From Saprospiraceae bacterium (GTDB lineage Bacteria; Bacteroidota; Bacteroidia; Chitinophagales; Saprospiraceae), in NCBI GenBank assembly GCA_027488135.1, contig JAIYCH010000092.1:1680-33679 (forward strand): 32,000 nucleotides of DNA. Reading direction: 5' to 3'. The notes under the pieces were generated by a model, which saw nothing but the letters and a program-made list of their open reading frames with translations, had not been told where the DNA came from and searched no databases. This document shows, piece after piece, positions 1 to 6,871 of the stretch; position 1 is the stretch's first letter, and each line of letters starts with the position of its first letter. Made by a program: the position numbers and the translations under genes.

Positions 1-92
1 TGGCAGCACAACAGTTTCTCCTCGGGACTAAGTCCGTTTTTCCTATATTTATGCTCTAGGGCGAACATGTTCGCTATCTCTTTCCCAAGCAT
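1..92 (-). CDS. Possible 5' end of a minus-strand ORF that runs off the left edge of the window; function unknown
   Basis: The reverse complement has an ATG at 92-90 and then reads MLGKEIANMFALEHKYRKNGLSPEEKLLCC with no stop before the window edge. The composition looks protein-like. Plus-strand frame 1 is also open up to a TGA at 97-99. Only about 30 codons are visible. Confidence 0.25.
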   Translation of the reverse strand, partial: MLGKEIANMFALEHKYRKNGLSPEEKLLCC

Positions 93-150
93 ATTATGAC
101 GCCTGAGGATAATGTCCTCTGGCTCCTAAAAACTTGCAACCGTCACCTTC

Positions 151-309
151 AAAGAACCAAGTCCTTTCATAGGCTAGCTCTTACCCCTGCCTTTGTGACC
201 ATCGAATAAAACCAGGTTATTCATCGGTTTTTTAACATTCATTTAGTATCTTTATTAAGTGAAAAAAGAGAAAATAATATTAGTAGAAATTGCCATCGAC
301 AAATTGACG
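151..309. repeat. Direct repeat copy 1 (159 bp), paired with 2224-2382
   Basis: Hand alignment at a constant offset of 2073 nt, with no gaps, gives 149/159 identical positions. Similarity ends abruptly on both sides: 141-150 versus 2214-2223 and 310-319 versus 2383-2392 are unrelated. Confidence 0.9.
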
Positions 310-336
310 CCTGGTAATTTCTTCAAAAAACTATAA
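259..336 (+). pseudogene. Truncated 5' stub of the GNAT-like gene (25 codons)
   Basis: GTG at 259 followed by VKKEKIILVEIAIDKLT. This matches the first 17 codons of the ORF starting at 2332 with one V/I difference. At 310 it diverges to PGNFFKKL, with a stop at 334-336. Confidence 0.55.
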
Positions 337-436
337 TCGAAAATTAGTATTAAATCATGCTTAATCCTTTTGTCAAATACTTCAGACTTGACTGTTGAAA
401 AAATAATCGTAATATTACTTAGATAAATTATTGTAA

Positions 437-2143
437 ATGGCGACTCTTCTTATAAATACTGGCACAGCTTCATATAACGACTTAATTTCAAACGGTCGAA
501 CTTTTAGTGTACCGCCTTACCAAAGAGATTATTCCTGGGAAAAAGAATATTGGGAGGACCTGTGGCTGGATATACTTGATTTACCGAAAGAAAAATACCA
601 TTATATGGGGTATTTAGTTTTTCAAGAAGATAGCACAAAGACAAAAACTTCATTTATCATTGATGGACAACAAAGATTTACCACATTGAGTATATTGTGC
701 CTTTCAGCCATCAGACTTTTAAAAGAGTGGGCCGACAGTGGCATTGATAAAGAAAATAATGAAATCCGAATGGTGAAACTTACGGAAAAATTTCTAGGAA
801 ATTTTTCTACATCAAAACTTACAATTACACCTAAATTGATACTTAATAAAAATAATGATGACTTTTATAAAAGTTATTTGTTAAACCATAGGAAACCTCC
901 AGTAGTTGGAAAACTTAAACCTAGTCAAAAAAGATTATGGGGTGCTTATGAGTATTTTTATCAAACTTTAAATACTAAAATATCTTCTAAATCTGGAACA
1001 GAACTAGCCACATTAATTGATGATGAAATTTCTAACGCACTCATTTTTACAACAATAAATGTCAGTGACGACCTCGATGCTTATAAAGTTTTTGAAACAT
1101 TAAATGCAAGAGGGGTTAAATTATCACCTTCTGATTTATTAAAGAATTATTTGTTTTCTAAAGCTTTTGAATCAGGCAGTTCTGAATTGGAAGAAACCGA
1201 AAGAAGATGGCAAAGCATAAACGACTTCTTAGGTAAATCAGACCTACCAACTTTTTTACGCCATTATTGGAATTCAAGATTTGAACTCGTAAGGATTTCG
1301 AATTTATACAGAGCAATTAAAAGTACCATTCAAACGCCAGAAAACGTTTTTGATTTACTTCATGAATTGGAACAGCTGGCCCCTATGTACACGGCTTTTG
1401 AAAACCCCGCTGACCCAATGTGGAATAAAGAACAGCGTTCATTTATACGTTCAATGAATCTTTTTGGTGTTTCAACCTGGTATTCTTTGATGCTTGTTGC
1501 TAAGCAAAAATTCCCAGAAGAGGAGTTTACAAAACTTTTACATGAGTTAAACGTGATAACATTCCGATATAATGTCATTTCTGATTTACATACCAATGAA
1601 ATCGAAGTTGTATTTAACAAGTTATCAATCAAAATTTTTTCAGGTGAAGTTTCAAAAGCTTCACAAGCATTTGAATTTTTAAAATCGATTTATGTACCAG
1701 ATGAAAGTTTTGCTCAAGCATTTTCAACGAAGCTTCTTAGCACCAAAAGAAACAAAAACCTTGTTAAGTACATTTTAGTGGAACTTGAAAATACAATTTC
1801 AGAGACAGCCAATCAATTCGAAGATGCATCATCTACCATCGAGCATATTCTTCCAGAAAATCCTTCTGCAGAATGGGAAACATCATTTTCAGCAGACGAA
1901 CAAGAGGATTATATTTTTTTAATAGGAAATTATACATTACTTGAGGATACCTTAAATAAGAAGGCAAGTGATAGGCTTTTCAATGAAAAATGCCTACTTT
2001 ACAAATCATCAAACTATAAGATGAGCAAGGATGAATTAAATTATACAGAATGGACACCAATTATTCTTCGTAAACATCAAGACAAGATGAGTAAATGGGC
2101 TTGTACTGCTTGGAAAAGTAATTACATTCAAAATAAATCCTAA
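437..2143 (+). CDS. DUF262/DUF1524 two-domain nuclease, GmrSD-family; putative type IV modification-dependent restriction enzyme
   Basis: 568-aa ORF. The N-terminal part carries DUF262 hallmarks (PPYQRDYSW and IIDGQQRFTTL, the DGQQR motif). The C-terminal part carries a DUF1524 His-Me/HNH-like pattern (IEHILPENP ... GNYTLLEDTLNKKASDRLFNEK). The gene appears AT-rich on a single 60-nt spot count (see the composition finding). Confidence 0.85.
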   Translation: MATLLINTGTASYNDLISNGRTFSVPPYQRDYSWEKEYWEDLWLDILDLPKEKYHYMGYLVFQEDSTKTKTSFIIDGQQRFTTLSILCLSAIRLLKEWADSGIDKENNEIRMVKLTEKFLGNFSTSKLTITPKLILNKNNDDFYKSYLLNHRKPPVVGKLKPSQKRLWGAYEYFYQTLNTKISSKSGTELATLIDDEISNALIFTTINVSDDLDAYKVFETLNARGVKLSPSDLLKNYLFSKAFESGSSELEETERRWQSINDFLGKSDLPTFLRHYWNSRFELVRISNLYRAIKSTIQTPENVFDLLHELEQLAPMYTAFENPADPMWNKEQRSFIRSMNLFGVSTWYSLMLVAKQKFPEEEFTKLLHELNVITFRYNVISDLHTNEIEVVFNKLSIKIFSGEVSKASQAFEFLKSIYVPDESFAQAFSTKLLSTKRNKNLVKYILVELENTISETANQFEDASSTIEHILPENPSAEWETSFSADEQEDYIFLIGNYTLLEDTLNKKASDRLFNEKCLLYKSSNYKMSKDELNYTEWTPIILRKHQDKMSKWACTAWKSNYIQNKS

Positions 2144-2223
2144 TAGCATACACAGAATGAAAACCATGTGTTGCACACTACAGCTAACTATGATACAACC
2201 CTTAATTTATACAGCTGATTTAT

Positions 2224-2382
2224 AAAGAACCAAGTCGTTTCGTAGGTCAGCTCTTACCCCTGCCTTTGTGATCATCGAATAAAACCAGGTTATTCATCGG
2301 TTTTTTGACATTCATTTCGTATATTTATCAAGTGAAAAAAGAGAAAATAATATTAATAGAAATTGCCATCGACAAATTGACG
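2224..2382. repeat. Direct repeat copy 2 (159 bp), paired with 151-309
   Basis: See copy 1. This copy covers 108 nt upstream of the GTG at 2332 plus the first 17 codons of the intact downstream ORF. Confidence 0.9.
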
Positions 2383-2856
2383 AACTCGATAGAAAATGTA
2401 GTTTCGGGCGACATCTTTAATACTGAAGTTATTCAACTTTTTAGCAAAGACACAAGACAAATAAATAAAACCGATTGGCAGTTTAATTGGCATGGACAAT
2501 TAAAACTTGCTGAAAGAGAAGTTTACAAGCTTGTTATTAAAGACAATGTAAAAATCATTCAAGGTCTTATAAGTTTGAGTGACAAAGGCGACCACATTTA
2601 CATGCACCTTATCGAAAGCGTAAAGTTCAATAAAGGCGAGACAAAAATTTATGCAGGAGTTCCTGGTAACTTAGTTGCGTTTGCTTGTAAAATTGCTTTT
2701 GCCAAAGGTTATGACGGTTATCTTGCTTTTGACGCTAAAACAGTTTTAATAAAACACTATCAGGAGACACTATACGCAACTCATTTTAGTGGGACAAAAA
2801 TGATTATTGAAACTCCAGCAGCTAACAGATTAATTAAACAATATTTTAAATCATAA
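2332..2856 (+). CDS. GNAT-fold (acetyltransferase-like) protein of unknown specificity
   Basis: The ORF track starts this ORF at a TTG at 2305. I prefer the in-frame GTG at 2332 (reading VKKEKIILIEIAIDKLTNSIEN), because the duplicated stub keeps that GTG while the TTG position is TTA in copy 1. The size (174 aa) fits the fold. YAGVPGNLVAFACKIAFAKGYDG resembles GNAT motif A (acetyl-CoA binding). The family assignment is from memory of similar Bacteroidota proteins and is not verified. Confidence 0.55.
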   Translation: MKKEKIILIEIAIDKLTNSIENVVSGDIFNTEVIQLFSKDTRQINKTDWQFNWHGQLKLAEREVYKLVIKDNVKIIQGLISLSDKGDHIYMHLIESVKFNKGETKIYAGVPGNLVAFACKIAFAKGYDGYLAFDAKTVLIKHYQETLYATHFSGTKMIIETPAANRLIKQYFKS

Positions 2857-2861
2857 ATAAA

Positions 2862-3029
2862 ATGGGACTAATCAGAGAACCTAAAAATGTTGACTTCACT
2901 GTTCTTGACAAACCTTGGACAGACGAAGAACTTAAAGAGTTTAGTGCATTTATCAAATTGCGTAAAGAACAACGAAAAAAAATACTAACCCAGTCAACGA
3001 CATCAACTCGTAAAAAAGTTGTTTCCTAA
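2862..3029 (+). CDS. Small hypothetical protein (55 aa) with a basic C-terminus, not in the supplied ORF track
   Basis: ATG at 2862, 5 nt after the GNAT-like stop. It reads MGLIREPKNVDFTVLDKPWTDEELKEFSAFIKLRKEQRKKILTQSTTSTRKKVVS, with TAA at 3027-3029. Same strand, tight spacing and non-repetitive composition support it. It falls below the 60-aa cutoff of the track. Confidence 0.45.
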   Translation: MGLIREPKNVDFTVLDKPWTDEELKEFSAFIKLRKEQRKKILTQSTTSTRKKVVS

Positions 3030-3169
3030 AAGCAACAACAGACCTTTGGTACAGAGTAGCACGGCGGCACGTTAGCAGTAAATGCAGAAAAATGACCTGC
3101 CAACAAGTTTGTAAAGTTCTAAATAAACAACAAATAAAAGTGCCAAATATACCCCGACGCTCAGTTTAA

Positions 3170-4831
3170 TTACTCCGATTTCAGCTCTCTCCTAAGTATT
3201 TTACCAACATTGGTTTTAGGTAATTCAACTTTAAAAACAATCTCCTTCGGTATTTTATAAGCCGTTAAATTTTCCCGGCAATACGCTAATAGCTCCTTTT
3301 TATTGGTTTCCTTGTTTTTTAATACGACAAAAGCCTTTACCGCTTCCCCCGATTTGCCGTCTTGCATACCTACCACCGCCGCTTCCAACACATCGGGATG
3401 AGAAACGAGCACTTCCTCAATTTCATTGGGATAAACATTAAAGCCCGAAACAAGGATCATGTCCTTTTTACGATCTACGATTCTGAAAAATCCGTCAGGT
3501 TCCATATATCCCAAATCACCGGTGGAAAACCAGCCATCTTTCAACGAAACCGCCGTTTCCTCTGGCTGATTATAATAACCTTTCATAATCTGAGGGCCCG
3601 AAGCCTGAATTTCCCCAATTTCTCCCGGTTCCAGCACTTTCCCATTATCGTCCACAATTCTCATGCTTGTAGAAGGTAATGGCAATCCGATACTTCCCAA
3701 TTTTCCGTTGCCATCAATGGGGTTGACAGACAAAGTGGGAGATGTTTCGGTCAGTCCATATCCCTGCGCCAGATAACAACCTGTTATTTTCTCCCAGGCA
3801 ACAGCTACCGGATTTTGAACCGCCATGCCACCTCCAACGGTAGCTTTTAACTTTGAAAAATCTAATTTCACAAAGTCATCTTGCTGTAACAAGGCATTAA
3901 ATAAGGTATTAATGCCCGTAATTAAACTGGGCGGATTATTTTTTATCGTTTTTATCAGTCCACTTATATCTCTTGGATTGGTAACCAATACAGAATGGGC
4001 GCCAAACTGTAACATAGATAAGCAATTTACCGTAAAAGCAAAAATATGATACAACGGTAAAGCGCATAACGCTACTTCAACTCCTTCCGACAGGAAAGGC
4101 TGCATGATGGCTCTATTTTGCAATACATTAGCTACCAAATTTCTATGCGTCAACATAGCTCCTTTTGACACCCCTGTAGTTCCCCCTGTGTATTGTAACA
4201 GCACGGTATCTTCAGGAAGTGGGTGAATATCAGGTTTTGGAAAATGGCTTCCTTCTGCCAATGCTTTTGAAAATGAAATGGCATTGGGCAAATGATATGC
4301 CGGCACCATTTTCTTCAGATTTTTAATGACAAAATCAACGATTTGTGCCTTTGGGAAACCCAGCATTTCGCCAATACTGGTTTTTATGACCAGTTCAATG
4401 GACGTTTCACCAATAATTTTTTGCAAGTTCGACGCAAAGTTTTCAACAATAACTATGGCCTTCGCCCCCGAATCGGCAAATTGATATTGCATTTCCCTGG
4501 GCGTGTACAGCGGATTGGTATTCACAACGACTAAACCGGCACGAATAGCACCAAATAAAGCAATGGGATATTGTAAAAGATTAGGCATCATGATGGCAAT
4601 CCGATCGCCCGGTTGAAGTCCTTTGCCAAGCAAAAAGGCAGCAAAATGATCGGCATATTTATTAACCTGATTAAAGGTTAATTTTTTATCCATGCAGGAA
4701 AAGGCTGTTTTATTTCCATAACGATTCAGCGCATCCGTAATAAGCTCATTCAGATTAGGAAATTCATCAGGATTAATATTAGCGGGAATGCCAGCAGGAT
4801 AATTCTTCAACCAAGGATGAGACTCTGTCAT
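3170..4831 (-). CDS. fadD: Long-chain-fatty-acid--CoA ligase (AMP-binding enzyme family)
   Basis: Motifs seen: AMP-binding YTGGTTGVSKGAMLTHRNL, GYGLTETSP, and TGDLGYMEPDGFFRIVDRKKDMI. I place the start at the ATG at 4831 (MTESHPWLKNYPAGIP) rather than at the 16-codon upstream extension of the track ORF. Confidence 0.9.
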   Translation of the reverse strand: MTESHPWLKNYPAGIPANINPDEFPNLNELITDALNRYGNKTAFSCMDKKLTFNQVNKYADHFAAFLLGKGLQPGDRIAIMMPNLLQYPIALFGAIRAGLVVVNTNPLYTPREMQYQFADSGAKAIVIVENFASNLQKIIGETSIELVIKTSIGEMLGFPKAQIVDFVIKNLKKMVPAYHLPNAISFSKALAEGSHFPKPDIHPLPEDTVLLQYTGGTTGVSKGAMLTHRNLVANVLQNRAIMQPFLSEGVEVALCALPLYHIFAFTVNCLSMLQFGAHSVLVTNPRDISGLIKTIKNNPPSLITGINTLFNALLQQDDFVKLDFSKLKATVGGGMAVQNPVAVAWEKITGCYLAQGYGLTETSPTLSVNPIDGNGKLGSIGLPLPSTSMRIVDDNGKVLEPGEIGEIQASGPQIMKGYYNQPEETAVSLKDGWFSTGDLGYMEPDGFFRIVDRKKDMILVSGFNVYPNEIEEVLVSHPDVLEAAVVGMQDGKSGEAVKAFVVLKNKETNKKELLAYCRENLTAYKIPKEIVFKVELPKTNVGKILRRELKSE

Positions 4832-4943
4832 GATAATAGGTATATGTGTTTCACAATATAAGCTATTGCATCGAACCATTCAAATAATTATTTTAACAAA
4901 GCCATCATTAGGGTGGATTTATTTTATACTATTGAACTTATTG

Positions 4944-4997
4944 AATGTATGTCTTCCGTAATCATTTATTACTATTTGATTACGATAGACATACATT
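4944..4997. repeat. Imperfect inverted repeat (21-nt arms, 12-nt spacer) between queD and fadD
   Basis: The 4944-4964 arm, aatgtatgtcttccgtaatca, is complementary to the 4977-4997 arm, tgattacgatagacatacatt, at 19 of 21 positions. The two mismatches are central. No U-tract follows on either strand. Confidence 0.7.
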
Positions 4998-5058
4998 TGT
5001 AAAATAAAATAACGAATGCTCTTATTTACAAATAACCTTCACTTATAAAAACAACAGG

Positions 5059-5466
5059 TTACGCTGGATATTCCACATAATTTCTTGGCGTTTCGTATAA
5101 ACGAACCACGATATCATATTTTGATTCCATTTTTGCTCTTAAAATTTGCCATATAACGACACAAATATTTTCAGCCGTCGGATTTAAATCCTTAAATTCC
5201 GGACATTCCAAATTAAGGTTTTTATGATCGAACCGATTCTCAATTTCTTCTTTAATGATATCTTTCAAGTATTTTAAGTCTATCAAATAGCCTGTTTGAG
5301 GATCGATTTCGCCCACAATTTTTACTTCCAGGTCATAATTATGCCCATGATAGTAAGGATTATTACACAAGCCAAACATTTTTATATTTTGCTCATCGGA
5401 CCAACCTGGATTATGTAACCGATGCGCCGCATTGAAATGAGCCTTTCTATAAGCAGCAATTTTCAT
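5059..5466 (-). CDS. queD: 6-carboxytetrahydropterin synthase / 6-pyruvoyl-tetrahydropterin synthase family protein
   Basis: 135 aa. Motifs FNAAHRLHNP and CNNPYYHGHNYDLEV are typical of the QueD/PTPS fold. The sequence alone does not tell me whether it acts in queuosine or pterin metabolism. Confidence 0.8.
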   Translation of the reverse strand: MKIAAYRKAHFNAAHRLHNPGWSDEQNIKMFGLCNNPYYHGHNYDLEVKIVGEIDPQTGYLIDLKYLKDIIKEEIENRFDHKNLNLECPEFKDLNPTAENICVVIWQILRAKMESKYDIVVRLYETPRNYVEYPA

Positions 5467-5501
5467 TTTATTTTGTTTGTGCTTTAAACAAGAAATAGCC
5501 C

Positions 5502-6308
5502 CTAAGGTTGCGGTGGAATAGTTAGGAAAAGGTTTTTTAGCTCTTGATTGATGTCCTTGTTTCCTGCAATCACTTTACCACCAAACCATTGTGTATTTCC
5601 TCCATTAAAATCGCAACTTGAACCTCCGGCTTCTTCGACGATCAATAAGCCCGCGGCGACATCCCAGGCATTGAGAGAGCCTTCAAAAAAACCATCGAAC
5701 CGACCGCAGGCAACGTAAACCAAATCGACCGCTGCAGCACCCCATCTTCTGATACCTCTACAATTCCGCAATAAATGGTTGAAAACAGGCAGATATACAT
5801 CAAAATGAGAAAAATCGATATAAGGAAAGCCTGTTGCTATTAAAGCGTCTTCCAGCTTATGGGTATTACTTACCCTAATTGGGTTATTGTTCATATATGC
5901 TCCACCACCTTTCCATGCCTTAAAAAGTTCGCCCCTGTTAACCTCTAAAACCACCCCTATTTGAATTTCATTGTTAAATGCCAGAGCAACACTGATAGCA
6001 AAACAGGGTAATTGGTGTAAAAAATTAGTCGTTCCATCTAAAGGATCAATAATCCAGGTATATGCTGAACTTGTTTTTTGTGCTTGATCTGTTTCTTCCT
6101 CGGTCATAAAAGAAGCACCTGGAAGAAGAGGCTTCAATCCCTTCACCAACATTTGTTCTGCTGTCTTATCCACATAGCTGACCAGGCTATTTTTATCTTT
6201 TGTTTCAATCTGCTCATTAGCCACTTTTCCTAATTCCGCAGCAATAAAGATACCAGTCTCTCTTACTAATCCGGCTACCTGCGTGGTCAGCCATTCCAAA
6301 TCGATCAT
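5502..6308 (-). CDS. suhB: Inositol monophosphatase family protein
   Basis: IMPase motifs WIIDPLDGTTNF and WDVAAG are present. The start overlaps the hpt stop by 4 nt. Confidence 0.85.
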   Translation of the reverse strand: MIDLEWLTTQVAGLVRETGIFIAAELGKVANEQIETKDKNSLVSYVDKTAEQMLVKGLKPLLPGASFMTEEETDQAQKTSSAYTWIIDPLDGTTNFLHQLPCFAISVALAFNNEIQIGVVLEVNRGELFKAWKGGGAYMNNNPIRVSNTHKLEDALIATGFPYIDFSHFDVYLPVFNHLLRNCRGIRRWGAAAVDLVYVACGRFDGFFEGSLNAWDVAAGLLIVEEAGGSSCDFNGGNTQWFGGKVIAGNKDINQELKNLFLTIPPQP

Positions 6309-6862
6309 ATTATTGGTTTTTCTGTCAGTTGATATAGATGACTTAATTGTCGCCCTTGTTCATTATAATCGAGTCCGTATCCTATGACAAATTCATTGGT
6401 TATAGAAAAGCAATGATGATCAAGTTGAATTGGATATTTGATTGCCAGAGGTTTATAAAGTAAAGCAACGGAAGTAACCGACAGAACTTTAGCTTCATGA
6501 AGCATATCATATAAAAAGGCCAGCGTTTTCCCTGAATCAACAATATCTTCAACCAATAAAACGGTTCTGCCCTCAAAGGAAATATCAGGTGGCAGCACCA
6601 CATCCATTTTTCCTGAAGAGACCGTTCCCTCATAGGACTTCATTCTTAAAAAGGCAATTTCACAAGGTATATTCATCGCCCTGACCAGATCTGCCATAAA
6701 AATGAAACAACCATTTAGGACACCAATAAGGATTGGATTCTTGCCATTGAGTTCCTTTCCAAGGAGCATACCCATTTCATTTACCCTAATTTTTATAACC
6801 TCTTCAGAAATAATTGGTTTAAACCAAAGATTCCCCACTTCAACTACGTTTTCGTCCAGCAT
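6305..6862 (-). CDS. hpt: Hypoxanthine phosphoribosyltransferase
   Basis: PRPP-binding motif VLLVEDIVDSGKTL, a size of 185 aa, and a GYGLDYNE tail. Confidence 0.9.
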   Translation of the reverse strand: MLDENVVEVGNLWFKPIISEEVIKIRVNEMGMLLGKELNGKNPILIGVLNGCFIFMADLVRAMNIPCEIAFLRMKSYEGTVSSGKMDVVLPPDISFEGRTVLLVEDIVDSGKTLAFLYDMLHEAKVLSVTSVALLYKPLAIKYPIQLDHHCFSITNEFVIGYGLDYNEQGRQLSHLYQLTEKPII

Positions 6863-6871
6863 AAATTTGTT

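Noticed and set aside
204-236. Weak hairpin (gaataa/ttattc) followed by T6 inside both repeat copies, as a possible terminator
   Set aside because: The stem is only 6 bp and almost all A-T, and 5 nt separate it from the T-tract. That is too weak to call from sequence alone.
196-237. Mini-ORF on the minus strand inside both repeat copies, MNNLVLFDGHKGRGKS, resembling a P-loop N-terminus
   Set aside because: It ends in a stop codon after 16 codons at the same position in both copies (TAG in copy 1, TGA in copy 2). It is not a gene and at most is a very old remnant.
1360-1632. Antisense and out-of-frame ORFs listed in the track: 1360-1632, 3362-3679, 3825-4049, 4292-4534, 6400-6633, 8750-8935, 9003-9365, 9605-9787, 10293-10517, 11770-11997, 12694-12924, 13304-13573, 14529-14835, 16170-16745, 17112-17297, 17924-18109, 19001-19219, 22843-23500, 26897-27349, 28199-28387, 28802-28999, 29781-29981, 30565-30774 and 31397-31717
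   Set aside because: Each lies inside or opposite a longer ORF with clear family motifs. Their translations are low-complexity or lack any recognisable motif, so I treat them as shadow ORFs.
3030-3169. Possible att site or tRNA-like integration target at the right end of the island, with weak resemblance between 2168-2190 and 3055-3085
   Set aside because: There is no tRNA-like T-arm (no GGTTCGAATCC-type sequence) anywhere in the window. The resemblance between the two segments is only a few scattered bases.
4832-4879. N-terminal extensions of the track ORFs for fadD (4832-4879), the lipoprotein (9296-9346), uppS (15210-15257), the GGGPS-family gene (20405-20449), lpd (27236-27244) and holB (30088-30165)
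   Set aside because: The extensions start at TTG or upstream codons and add residues that do not belong to the conserved N-termini. Internal ATGs give canonical family starts or signal peptides, and the holB extension would overlap polA.
5467-5501. preQ1 riboswitch in the 35-nt spacer upstream of the queD-like gene
   Set aside because: There is a small hairpin (ttgttt/aaacaa) and an A-rich tail. The loop has no complement to the tail for the P2 pseudoknot, and the conserved loop C context and ACUA element are absent.
6168-6176. Perfect DnaA-box consensus ttatccaca (and a near match at about 8921), near the replication genes polA and holB
   Set aside because: These are single isolated occurrences inside coding sequence. 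There is no cluster of boxes, no adjacent AT-rich unwinding element and no dnaA or dnaN gene, so there is no evidence for an origin.
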